DNA of 46,956 nucleotides from an uncultured Neisseriales bacterium. Its GTDB lineage: Bacteria > Pseudomonadota > Gammaproteobacteria > Burkholderiales > Aquaspirillaceae. Below are positions 19,870 through 29,089 of this stretch, one piece after another. The DNA is taken from contig CALMOJ010000009.1 in the NCBI GenBank assembly GCA_937871815.1, positions 1 to 46,956 on the forward strand, given 5' to 3'. Position numbers and translations under genes: made by a program. Below the pieces are notes generated by a model, which worked only from the letters and a program-made list of their open reading frames with translations, was not told the origin of the DNA and did no database searches. Positions within the stretch are counted from its first letter, which is position 1; each line of letters begins with the position of its first letter.

Positions 19870-21300
19870 TCAAATACTTTTTCGCTGATTAACCGGTGGA
19901 ATGTGCAAGGCCTCGCGGTATTTGGCCACCGTGCGCCGCGCAACTTGTATGCCCTCTTTATCAAGCATATCAGCCAGTGCAGAGTCCGACAGGGGTTTTT
20001 TGGGGTCTTCGGCGGCCACCATCTGGCGTAGCCGCGCCTTAATGGCCATCGCCGAGCACTCGCCCCCCGCATCGGTTTCGAGCGACCCACCAAAAAAATA
20101 CTTCAGCTCAAATACGCCGCGTGGGCAGAGCAGGTATTTTTGTGTGGTCACGCGGGAGATAGTGGATTCATGCAGCCCCAGTTCGTCGGCGATTTCGCGC
20201 AGCACAAGGGGGCGCATCCCCAGCTCGCCAATTTCAAAGAAGGCCTGCTGCCGCGCTACGATGGCTTCGGACACCCGCAAAATGGTCTCAAACCGCTGCT
20301 GCACATTGCGAATCAGCCACTTCGCCTCTTGAAGCTGTGTGGTTAGCCCGCTGCCGCCTTCGCGATGTTGCTGCAGCAAACCGGCGTACAGCGTGTTGAC
20401 CTTGAGCTTGGGCATGACCGACAAGTTGAGGCTCGCACCCCAACTGCCCGCGTGTTTTTTGACCACCACATCCGCTGCGACATACTGGGTAGCACCGCGC
20501 CCAAAGCCCGCCGCAGGACGGGGATTCAGCGTTCCCACCAACTGAATTGCCGCCCGCAAGGCTTCATCATCACAATGCAGAGCACGTTTTAGGCGGGTGT
20601 AGTCACGCTGCGCCAACAGCGGCAAGTGCTGCTCAACCAGCAGACGGGTTAGCGCGTGGACAGGGGTTTGCGGCTGGGCACTGAGCTGCAGCCCAAGAAA
20701 CTCGGCCAAGGTACGCGAAGCCACACCGACGGGGTCGAACTGCTGCAGCAGGGTTAAGCCAACGTGGAGTTCTTCGGGGTCTATCGCCAGCTCGGCGGGC
20801 AAATCGGCACACACATCCTCTAGGCTTTGCGGCAGGTAGCCGTCTTCATCCAGTGCTTCAATCAGCAAGGTCACCAACGCACGGTCACGGTGCGCCAAAG
20901 CATGTTCGGGGACTTGCGCCAGCAGATGTTCGCGCAGGGTATGTTCGATGGCGACATTGGCGTGGGGGTCGTAGTCGTCTGAGCTGTGGCTGCCGCCACC
21001 CCAGTCGCTAAAGTCCGTCATTTCGGTATCGCGGGCTTCGCGGTTGTCGTCTTCGGTGTGCAGCTCGGACTGGTCTGGGGCGGGGGTGTCGGGGCTCGGG
21101 CTGACGACGGGCAAAGGCTCACGCTCTGGCGTGTCCTCGGGCTCGACCTCCTCGCGCTCCAGCATTGGGTTGTCGTGCAGCAAGGTGTCGATTTCTTGCT
21201 GGAGGTCGAGCGTAGAAAGCTGAAGCAGGCGAATCGCTTGTTGCAGTTGAGGGGTCAGGGTCAGTTGTTGACTGACTTTGAGTTGCAGGCTTTGTTTCAT
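19870..21300 (-). CDS. rpoN: RNA polymerase sigma-54 factor
   Basis: Region I 'LTPQLQQAIRLLQLS', HTH 'LHESTISR' and RpoN box 'ARRTVAKYRE'. Confidence 0.98.
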   Translation of the reverse strand: MKQSLQLKVSQQLTLTPQLQQAIRLLQLSTLDLQQEIDTLLHDNPMLEREEVEPEDTPEREPLPVVSPSPDTPAPDQSELHTEDDNREARDTEMTDFSDWGGGSHSSDDYDPHANVAIEHTLREHLLAQVPEHALAHRDRALVTLLIEALDEDGYLPQSLEDVCADLPAELAIDPEELHVGLTLLQQFDPVGVASRTLAEFLGLQLSAQPQTPVHALTRLLVEQHLPLLAQRDYTRLKRALHCDDEALRAAIQLVGTLNPRPAAGFGRGATQYVAADVVVKKHAGSWGASLNLSVMPKLKVNTLYAGLLQQHREGGSGLTTQLQEAKWLIRNVQQRFETILRVSEAIVARQQAFFEIGELGMRPLVLREIADELGLHESTISRVTTQKYLLCPRGVFELKYFFGGSLETDAGGECSAMAIKARLRQMVAAEDPKKPLSDSALADMLDKEGIQVARRTVAKYREALHIPPVNQRKSI

Positions 21301-21317
21301 TGGCAGGTCAGCGCAGC

Positions 21318-22052
21318 TTAAAGGCGGAAGTGTTCTCCAAGATACACGCGGCGCACGTTTTCGTCTTGCACCAATTCTTCCGGCTTGCCTTTAGCCAGCA
21401 CCGCCCCTTCGTTGATGATGTAGGCGTGGTCGCAGATAGCCAGTGTTTCGCGCACATTGTGGTCGGTAATCAGCACCCCAATCCCCCGTTCACGCAGGTA
21501 GGCAATGATTTTTTGAATATCAATCACGGCAATCGGGTCCACCCCCGCAAAAGGCTCATCCAGCAAGATAAAGCGGGGACGGGTGGCCAGCACACGGGCG
21601 ATTTCAACCCGCCGCCGCTCACCGCCAGACAAGGACAAGGCCGGTGCATCGCGCAAGTGGGCAATGCTCAGCTCGTCGAGCAAAGTATCCAAGGACTGCT
21701 CGGCTTGTTTGCCTTTTTCCCCCGCAATTTGGAGGATGGCCAAGATATTTTCTTCGACCGTCATCTTGCGAAAAATAGATGCCTCTTGCGGCAGGTAGCC
21801 TAGGCCCAACCGTGCCCGTTGGTGAATAGGCAAGTGGCTCAGGTTGGTTTCATCCAAGAAAATCTCGCCGCCATCGGCCGTCACCAAACCCACAATCATG
21901 TAAAAGCTGGTGGTCTTGCCCGCCCCATTGGGACCCAGCAGCCCCACGACTTCCCCGCTTTCAATCTCAAGCGACACCGACTGCACCACTGTGCGTTTGC
22001 CATAGCGTTTTTTCAGGTTGCGGACGCTCAGCACACTGGATGCGGTACTCAT
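21318..22052 (-). CDS. lptB: LPS export ABC ATP-binding protein
   Basis: 'GPNGAGKT', '[11 protein letters not shown]', 'LSGGE', 'DEPFAGVDP' and 'YLGEHF'. Confidence 0.97.
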   Translation of the reverse strand: MSTASSVLSVRNLKKRYGKRTVVQSVSLEIESGEVVGLLGPNGAGKTTSFYMIVGLVTADGGEIFLDETNLSHLPIHQRARLGLGYLPQEASIFRKMTVEENILAILQIAGEKGKQAEQSLDTLLDELSIAHLRDAPALSLSGGERRRVEIARVLATRPRFILLDEPFAGVDPIAVIDIQKIIAYLRERGIGVLITDHNVRETLAICDHAYIINEGAVLAKGKPEELVQDENVRRVYLGEHFRL

Positions 22053-22612
22053 GGCTGATCCTTCTTTTTGGGCTGCAAAATCACCGTCACCCGCCCTTTG
22101 TTGCCATCTTTACCGGTGGTAGTGCCTGCTGTGCCCCCGCCACCGTTGACTTGGTAGGTTTCGTCGCGGGTGTTGTAGACAATATGCGCCCCCATCACGA
22201 TGTCCTCGCCCCGTTTAAGCCGAGCATTGTCAAACAGCTGCACCGTGTTTTTGGCACTGTCGAACTCAACCCGTTTGCCTTGGGCATCCAACCACTCGTT
22301 TTTACCTTCGATTTTTTGGCGGAAAGTGGCGGGGCTGCCGTGGGCGATGGCTTGTTGATTGCCCGCCTTGTCTTGCACCACTTGGGCACGCGCGGCACGC
22401 AGCAGAATCGTCCCTTGCGTCACCACCACATTGCCTTCGTACACGGTCAACCCTTTGGGCTGGTCTAGGCTGGCGCGGTCGGCTTCGATTTGGATGGGTT
22501 TTTCGCGGTCAGCGGCATCGGCGTGGGCAGGGTGCGCACCAAGCAAACCGGCACTGACCAGCAGCACGCCTAACAGGGCGGTGCGTATTCCGTTAGTGGG
22601 GAGGAGGCGCAT
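22049..22612 (-). CDS. lptA: LPS transport periplasmic protein
   Basis: Signal peptide, '[11 protein letters not shown]', '[10 protein letters not shown]' and 'GRVTVILQP', in operon position. Confidence 0.93.
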   Translation of the reverse strand: MRLLPTNGIRTALLGVLLVSAGLLGAHPAHADAADREKPIQIEADRASLDQPKGLTVYEGNVVVTQGTILLRAARAQVVQDKAGNQQAIAHGSPATFRQKIEGKNEWLDAQGKRVEFDSAKNTVQLFDNARLKRGEDIVMGAHIVYNTRDETYQVNGGGGTAGTTTGKDGNKGRVTVILQPKKKDQP

Positions 22613-23165
22613 GGGTAATCTTCACTCTCGAAGGCAGGTTCAGAAATTGGGTGGTGTCGTCGTAGGCCAGCCCCACACTGCGAATCACCGTTCCCCCTTG
22701 GGTCATCACAGCAGGGGCAGCAGTGCGAGCCGTGCGCTTGTCCATATCCACACTCAATTGGGTGGTGACAAGGCGGCTAGGCGGGGCATCGGGGCGAAAG
22801 CGGGTCAGCGTGACTTCTTTGGCAAAATAGCCCTGTTGCCGCTTGGGATTGTATTGCCCTTCGGCACCAACAATCTCGACCGACAGCTGCTGGGCGGCGT
22901 ATTGCTTCAGGTGGGGCTGCTGCAAGTAAATGGTGTCGTTATGCGGAAACTGCCATGCCTGCTTGCCGACGAGGGTTTGCTTCACCTGCCCCTTGCCGTC
23001 AAAGACCGTGGCGGTAAAGTCATACAGCACATAGTCTGGCGCACCGGTCTCTGGACGCGCGTTGCCCATGCCCAGCCAGTCGGTGATGGTATCGAGCCAA
23101 AACGTCAGCCCGCCCAGCAGGACAATCAGCAAAATAGGAAACAGACGAGAGGGGCGATGGGTCAT
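22593..23165 (-). CDS. lptC: LPS export ABC transporter periplasmic protein
   Basis: Single N-terminal TM, 'PDY' motif and beta-rich body, located between kdsC and lptA. Confidence 0.88.
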   Translation of the reverse strand: MTHRPSRLFPILLIVLLGGLTFWLDTITDWLGMGNARPETGAPDYVLYDFTATVFDGKGQVKQTLVGKQAWQFPHNDTIYLQQPHLKQYAAQQLSVEIVGAEGQYNPKRQQGYFAKEVTLTRFRPDAPPSRLVTTQLSVDMDKRTARTAAPAVMTQGGTVIRSVGLAYDDTTQFLNLPSRVKITHAPPPH

Positions 23166-23686
23166 GCCAAGTAGTCTGCCAAAATGGCATCCAGCTTGCC
23201 TTGGGCGTGCAAAATCAGCTCACAGGCTTCACGCACCGCCCCGCGTCCGCCGCGTGCGCCGGTGACATAGTGGGCATGGGTTTGGACACTGTGGGGCGCA
23301 TCGGGGACGGCAATCGCCAAGCCCACGCGGCGCAGCACCGGCAAGTCAATCACATCGTCGCCCATATAGGCGCACTCTGCGGCGGTGAAGCCGGTGGCTT
23401 CGAGCAGCGCGGCAAAGGCCTCGCCCTTGCTGCCGATGCCCTGATAAACGTGGGCAATCCCCAAGGCTTCGGCACGGACTTCGACGCAACGGGCTTTGCG
23501 CCCGCTGATAATCGCCAAGGTCACGCCGCTTTTACGCAGCAAGGTCAGCCCCAAGCCATCGGGGGCGTAAAAGGCTTTGAGCTCGTCACCGGCATCGGTG
23601 ATATACACGCTGCCATCGGTCAGCACGCCATCCACATCCATGATGAACAATTTGATGGGGCGGGCAAGGGTATGAATCGGCTGCAT
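23162..23686 (-). CDS. kdsC: KDO 8-phosphate phosphatase
   Basis: HAD motif 'DVDGVLTDG', 'MGDDVID' and 'GGRGAVRE'. Confidence 0.95.
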   Translation of the reverse strand: MQPIHTLARPIKLFIMDVDGVLTDGSVYITDAGDELKAFYAPDGLGLTLLRKSGVTLAIISGRKARCVEVRAEALGIAHVYQGIGSKGEAFAALLEATGFTAAECAYMGDDVIDLPVLRRVGLAIAVPDAPHSVQTHAHYVTGARGGRGAVREACELILHAQGKLDAILADYLA

Positions 23687-23703
23687 TCAAAAAATCCAAT
23701 CAG

Positions 23704-24681
23704 TTAGACCACGCCAGCGCGTAGCAAATCGTGCATGTTAAGCGCACCGACCAGCTTGCCTTGTGCCACCACCAGCAGACCGTTAATTTTGTCGTGCTCT
23801 AGGGTTTGCAAGGCTTCGGCGGCAAGACGCTCTGGGGCGATGGTGCGCGGATGGGGGTTCATGGCGGAGGACACCGGTGCGAGGGGGTCAAACAACCCAC
23901 GGTCGAGCACACGGCGCACATCGCCATCGGTAAAGACACCGACCAACCCGCCTTCGGCATCACAGATGGCCGTCATGCCCAGCCCTTTGCGGCTGATTTC
24001 ATACAGCGCATCTTTCAGCGGCGTGCTGGGGGTGACGGTGGGAAGGGCTTCGCCGTGGTGCATCACATCCGCCACCCGCACCAACAGCCGCCGACCCAAG
24101 CTGCCACCAGGGTGGGACAGGGCAAAGTCTTCTTCGCGGAAGTTGCGGGCATCAAGCAAAGTCACCGCCAGCGCGTCGCCCAAGGCCAAGGCGACGGTGG
24201 TACTGGTGGTGGGGGCGAGACCCAGTGGGCAGGCTTCTCGGGTGACAGCGGCATCAAGCAAAACATCGGCTTCGCGCCCTAGGGTGGAATGAGGACGACC
24301 GGTCATCCCTATCAGCACCACGCCCTTACGCCGCAGGGCAGACAGCAGGGCAATCACCTCGTCTGACTCGCCAGAATGGGACAGTGCCAGGACCACGTCT
24401 TGTCCGGTAATCATGCCCAAATCGCCATGAGCGGCTTCGGCGGGATGCATAAAAAACGCTGGGGTGCCGGTAGAGGCCAGCGTGGCGGCAATTTTGCGCC
24501 CCACATGTCCAGACTTGCCCATGCCGGTCACCACCACTCGCCCCTTGCAGGCCAAGAGTGCGTCTACTGCCGCGAGAAAGCTGCCGTCTAAACGCCGTGC
24601 CAGAGCCAAAATAGCCTCAGCCTCGGTCGTCAGCACGGTTTGCGCCAAAGAGAGGCGATGAGCAGGGAGGGGAAGGGTCAT
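23704..24681 (-). CDS. kdsD: Arabinose 5-phosphate isomerase (KpsF/GutQ)
   Basis: SIS domain 'GMGKSGH', 'HPAEAAHGDLG' and 'HPGGSLG' plus a CBS pair. Start reassigned to ATG 24681. Confidence 0.95.
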   Translation of the reverse strand: MTLPLPAHRLSLAQTVLTTEAEAILALARRLDGSFLAAVDALLACKGRVVVTGMGKSGHVGRKIAATLASTGTPAFFMHPAEAAHGDLGMITGQDVVLALSHSGESDEVIALLSALRRKGVVLIGMTGRPHSTLGREADVLLDAAVTREACPLGLAPTTSTTVALALGDALAVTLLDARNFREEDFALSHPGGSLGRRLLVRVADVMHHGEALPTVTPSTPLKDALYEISRKGLGMTAICDAEGGLVGVFTDGDVRRVLDRGLFDPLAPVSSAMNPHPRTIAPERLAAEALQTLEHDKINGLLVVAQGKLVGALNMHDLLRAGVV

Positions 24682-24901
24682 AAGCAGAGAAACCGTGCGC
24701 CAAGTAGCAGAAAAATAACCGGACGAATGACCAGAACGCAGGGGGATGCCCCCTAAATGCGGGCAGATGCACCCGCTAAAGTCCCAGACAATCCAAGAAT
24801 CCGTCGAGTATAACCAAGTTATAATTCTGCTGCACCGAGAGCCACCCCGTGTGCCGCCCCTCGCGCTTGCCTCCCCCGCCATTCCAAAAAAGAAGCTGCC
24901 G

Positions 24902-26890
24902 ATGCACTCGCTTGCCCCCGTCGTTGCCATTTTGCTCGCCGCCGTTTTGGTCGTGGTGCTGTGCCGCAGCATCCGCGTCCCCGCGATGCTGGGCTATTTA
25001 CTGGTCGGCTTTATTGTCGGCCCTGGCGCGCTGTCGCTGATTACCGACTCGGTGCAAACCCGATTCTTGGGCGAAATTGGCGTGGTGTTTTTGATGTTTT
25101 CGATAGGCTTGGAATTTAGCCTGCCCAAGCTCCGCGCCATGCGCCAAATTGTGTTTGGGCTTGGGTTTGCACAGGTCGCCGTGACGCTATTGCTGACCAT
25201 GGTCGTGGTGATTTTGCTGCATGGGGAGCCGCTCACCGGCTTTGCCTTGGGCGCGGTGGCCGCCCTGTCCTCCACCGCCATTGTGTCTAAGCTGCTAACC
25301 GAACGCCTCGAACTCAACGCCCCGCACGGCCAGCTTTCCATTGGCGTGCTGCTGTTCCAAGACATCGCCGTGGTACCGCTGCTGGTGGTGATTCCCGCCT
25401 TTGCCGCGAACTCCGATTCGCTGTGGCAAGACCTCGGCATGGCCTTGGTCAAAGTTGTGATGGTGATGGTGCTGCTGTTCGCCATCGGCCAAAGGCTAAT
25501 GCGCCCGTGGTTTCATGTAGTGGCACGGCAGCGGTCGTCCGAATTGTTCATGATTAACGTGTTGCTGGTCACGCTGGGCATTGCCTACCTGACCGAACTG
25601 ACAGGGCTGTCCTTGGCCTTGGGCGCGTTTGTGGCGGGGATGCTGATTTCGGAAACCGAATACCGTTATCAGGTGGAAGAAGACATCAAGCCCTTCCGCG
25701 ACATCATGCTGGGGTTTTTCTTTGTCACCATCGGGATGCGGCTAGATATCTCGGTGCTGAACAATAGCTTTGGCGAAGTCTTCGCCTTTGCGGGCTTTCT
25801 GGTGTTTGGCAAAGCGGGGCTGATGTATGCCACGGGGCGGCTGTTTGGCTATAAGCAAGGCGAATCCCTCCGCACCGCACTGGCCTTGGCGCAGGGCGGC
25901 GAGTTTGGCTTTGTGCTGCTGGCACTGGCGGGCAATCTCAAGCTCATTTCGGCCAATACCGAGCAATCGGCGATTGCGGCGGTGCTGATTTCGATGCTGG
26001 TTTCGCCGTTTTTGATTGGGCAAAGCGACCGACTGGTACGCCGCCTGATTAAAGCCGATTGGATGGCACAAGCCGCTGACCTCCACCAAATTTTGGTCAC
26101 CAGCATGATGCGCACCGACCATGTGCTGATTTGCGGCTATGGCCGCAGCGGGCAAGCGTTGGCGCGATTTTTGGAACGCGAAGACATCTCGTTTTTCGCC
26201 TTGGACCTCGACCCCGAGCGGGTGCGTGAAGCCGCTGCGGCAGGCGATGCGGTGGTGTTTGGCGATGCCGCCAAAAAAGAAGTGCTGCTGGCGGCGGGCT
26301 TGATGCGTGCCAAAGCCTTGGTGGTGACCTATGCCGACACGCCGTCTTCGATTCGGATTTTGCAGGTGGTGCAGGGTATTCGCCCTGACTTGCCGGTGAT
26401 TATCCGCACCATCGACGACACCGATATCGACGTGCTGCGCGAGGCCGGCGCGGATGAAGTGGTGGCCGAAGTGATGGAAGGCAGCCTGATGCTGGCCTCG
26501 CAAGCCTTGATGTCGCTGGGGGTGCCGCTGAACCGTGTGCTGCGGGGCATTCGGGCGGTACGGGAAGAACGTTATGGGCTGTTTCGCGGATTTTTTCGAG
26601 GCATGACCGATGAAAGCCTCGCACTTGACGATGCCCAACAGCCCCGCCTTGCCGCCATTATGCTGACCCCAGGGGCAGCAGCCATCGGCAAAACCTTGCA
26701 AGAGCTGGCATTCGACACCCTCGGTTTACGAGTACGCACCGTCAAACGCCATGCCGCCCGCCACGCCAGCCCCGCCCTCGATTTTGCGCTCGAAGCCGAC
26801 GATGTGCTGGTGCTGCTGGGCACGCCCGAGCAACTGGCCACCGCCGAGCTGATTTTACTGGGGGGCAACAAGGCCGGTGGGCGGCACTAG
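24902..26890 (+). CDS. CPA2 monovalent cation:proton antiporter (Kef-type) with TrkA-N/TrkA-C domains
   Basis: 'FLMFSIGLE', 'LSSTAIV', 'LLFQD', 'QGGEFGFV' and KTN 'ICGYGRSG'. Start at ATG 24902. Confidence 0.92.
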   Translation: MHSLAPVVAILLAAVLVVVLCRSIRVPAMLGYLLVGFIVGPGALSLITDSVQTRFLGEIGVVFLMFSIGLEFSLPKLRAMRQIVFGLGFAQVAVTLLLTMVVVILLHGEPLTGFALGAVAALSSTAIVSKLLTERLELNAPHGQLSIGVLLFQDIAVVPLLVVIPAFAANSDSLWQDLGMALVKVVMVMVLLFAIGQRLMRPWFHVVARQRSSELFMINVLLVTLGIAYLTELTGLSLALGAFVAGMLISETEYRYQVEEDIKPFRDIMLGFFFVTIGMRLDISVLNNSFGEVFAFAGFLVFGKAGLMYATGRLFGYKQGESLRTALALAQGGEFGFVLLALAGNLKLISANTEQSAIAAVLISMLVSPFLIGQSDRLVRRLIKADWMAQAADLHQILVTSMMRTDHVLICGYGRSGQALARFLEREDISFFALDLDPERVREAAAAGDAVVFGDAAKKEVLLAAGLMRAKALVVTYADTPSSIRILQVVQGIRPDLPVIIRTIDDTDIDVLREAGADEVVAEVMEGSLMLASQALMSLGVPLNRVLRGIRAVREERYGLFRGFFRGMTDESLALDDAQQPRLAAIMLTPGAAAIGKTLQELAFDTLGLRVRTVKRHAARHASPALDFALEADDVLVLLGTPEQLATAELILLGGNKAGGRH

Positions 26891-28885
26891 TTCCCCTTCA
26901 AGAATAACCTTGGCCAAGTGCATTTTGGCCAGATAGTCTGAGGCCGCAGGGGTTAGGTGGCCGTAGTCCCATGTTGTCACACTGGTTTTGTCCTGCGTAT
27001 CAAAGTAGGTCAAACACCCTGCAGCATTACAAAACACCGATTGCACATCCACAAACACGCTGCCCGCTGTATTTTTAAACTCGGCGGCCAAAGCGCGGTT
27101 GCTGGCAAGCACCTCTTGATTGACCCCCACCATGGTGCGTTGGGGGGTGTCATGCCACAGCTTGCGCAAAATCAAACGAGGAAGCGGTGCCGTCCAATGG
27201 GGGGTTGCACCCGCAAACACGACCTTCTTCACCCCTAGGTGATGGAGCTTGGCAGCAAGGGCTTGCATGGTCTGGCGTTGATGGCCCTGCTCCTGCCCCA
27301 CCAGCACCACGTCAGGCGGGCTAGCCGCGATCGTTTTGAGCGCGAACCAGTTGGACTGCTGGCAATAATCGACTGTAGAAGGCTGCGTAGCAGTAAGGCT
27401 AGGCGCACAGCCCGAGCTGGCCACCTGCAAAACTTGCCAGTCCGCAGGGAGGTTTTCACGCAAGCCAGCATAAAACTGCTGGGCATGCGAATCCCCCCAA
27501 ATCAATACAGCATGGGGCTGGGTAGGCTGGCGGACGGTACAACTGGCCTCGAGCATCGGTACCGGCACTTGCGTCGCTTTGCCCTGCCGCCGCTGGGCAA
27601 GGTCGTAAAAATTGCACCCATCGCGGTAATACTCGGCCAACCGGATTTTTTTGAAGTACGCCTGCTCAGGGAGGCTGTTGTCAAAATAATGGGCATAGGC
27701 ACTTTTTTCAGCAGTGCGGTAACCCGTCCCTTCTAGCCCACCATGGGTATAGCTATGCAGCCCCAAGCCCCCCACTATCGCCACACCAAGCACCAACCCT
27801 GCAGTTTCTGCACGGCTGTGCGTTGCGCCAAAACGGATAGGCTTTTCAACAAAGCGGTAGGTTAACCATGCCAGCACCACAGACAGTGCCACTGCGGCCA
27901 ACCGTACCCCGCGAGAAGGCACTTCACTTTCGATAATGTAGGCAAACGACAGCAAAGGCCAATGCCACAGATAGAGCGGAAAGCTAATCAACCCAAACCA
28001 CACCACTATCCGATGCGCCAATACGGTTCGGTTAAACCATGCCCTAGGCCCTGCCGCGATAATCAGTGCAGCTCCAAGTGTAGGCAACAATGCCCATGCA
28101 CCGGGAAACACACTCCCCTTGTTCAGCAGTGCCATGCCCATCGCTAACAACCCACCTCCCAATAGGGACACCCCATTGGCACGACGTGGTGTCAGTACGG
28201 CCAAAAGCGCGGGTTTGTGGAGCGTGGCATAGGCCAGCATTGCGCCAATCAGCAGCTCCCAAAAACGGGTATAGGGGGCATAAAACGTACCAATGGGGTC
28301 GCGCTGAACCAGACTGAGGTTGAGCCCAAATGACACCACCGCCAGCAAAAAAATAATGCCCCACAGGCGGTGGCGTTGCTGCCATACCGCCCACAACAGA
28401 AGCGGCCAAATAATGTAGAACTGCTCCTCAATACCCAAAGACCAAAGATGGAGCAAAGGCTTGGCTTCGGCGGCCTCGTCAAAATAGCCGCTTTCTTGCT
28501 TTAAAATAAAATTGGCAATAAACCCTGCCCCGCCCGCCAAATGCTTACCCAGCTGTTGGTATTCTTCTGCCAGCAAGACAAACCACCCCAGCACATAGCA
28601 ACTCAACAGCACTAAAAATAGAGCCGGAAAAATGCGCTTGACCCGACGGCCATAAAATTCAGCAAGGCTAAAGCTGCCCCGCGCTAGGTTGTCGAACAAA
28701 ATGGTGGAAATTAGGAAGCCTGAAATGACAAAGAAAATATCCACGCCAATAAAGCCGCCCTTGACCATGCCAGGGAAGGCATGAAACCCGACTACGGAGA
28801 GCACCGCCAGCGCACGCAGCCCATCAATATCGGCACGGTATTTGGGATGGGTACTAGGGGGGTGCGAGGCAGTCAAAGCAGTCAT
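26855..28885 (-). CDS. Acyltransferase-3 plus SGNH domain O-acyltransferase (OafA/OatA-like)
   Basis: 'YRADIDGLRALAV', 'GVDIFFVISGFLI', 'HLWSLGIEEQFY', 'YLWHWP', SGNH 'WGDSHA' and 'DYGHL'. Start at ATG 28885. Confidence 0.92.
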   Translation of the reverse strand: MTALTASHPPSTHPKYRADIDGLRALAVLSVVGFHAFPGMVKGGFIGVDIFFVISGFLISTILFDNLARGSFSLAEFYGRRVKRIFPALFLVLLSCYVLGWFVLLAEEYQQLGKHLAGGAGFIANFILKQESGYFDEAAEAKPLLHLWSLGIEEQFYIIWPLLLWAVWQQRHRLWGIIFLLAVVSFGLNLSLVQRDPIGTFYAPYTRFWELLIGAMLAYATLHKPALLAVLTPRRANGVSLLGGGLLAMGMALLNKGSVFPGAWALLPTLGAALIIAAGPRAWFNRTVLAHRIVVWFGLISFPLYLWHWPLLSFAYIIESEVPSRGVRLAAVALSVVLAWLTYRFVEKPIRFGATHSRAETAGLVLGVAIVGGLGLHSYTHGGLEGTGYRTAEKSAYAHYFDNSLPEQAYFKKIRLAEYYRDGCNFYDLAQRRQGKATQVPVPMLEASCTVRQPTQPHAVLIWGDSHAQQFYAGLRENLPADWQVLQVASSGCAPSLTATQPSTVDYCQQSNWFALKTIAASPPDVVLVGQEQGHQRQTMQALAAKLHHLGVKKVVFAGATPHWTAPLPRLILRKLWHDTPQRTMVGVNQEVLASNRALAAEFKNTAGSVFVDVQSVFCNAAGCLTYFDTQDKTSVTTWDYGHLTPAASDYLAKMHLAKVILEGELVPPTGLVAPQ

Positions 28886-29089
28886 GGCACAGCAGAGCCT
28901 TGGAGACAGAAAGGCGCAAAGTATAACCAAGTCTGGCCAATACAAGGGGGGGTTGCCACGCCCGCTCGCCTCGTTCTTGCTAGCAGAAACCCCGCCGTCC
29001 CCGCACCACCCCCTGCCGAAGGCTTTATACTGCCGCCTATCGTTTTGCCTTCGCCCCCTATCAGACTGTCGCTTAAGCATAAAACCACT

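Noticed and set aside
24682-24972. Long N-terminal extensions in the ORF track (kdsD, kef, pepN, acyltransferase, antiporter, dapA)
   Set aside because: Longest-ORF artefacts that overlap divergent genes. Family similarity begins at the downstream starts I assigned.
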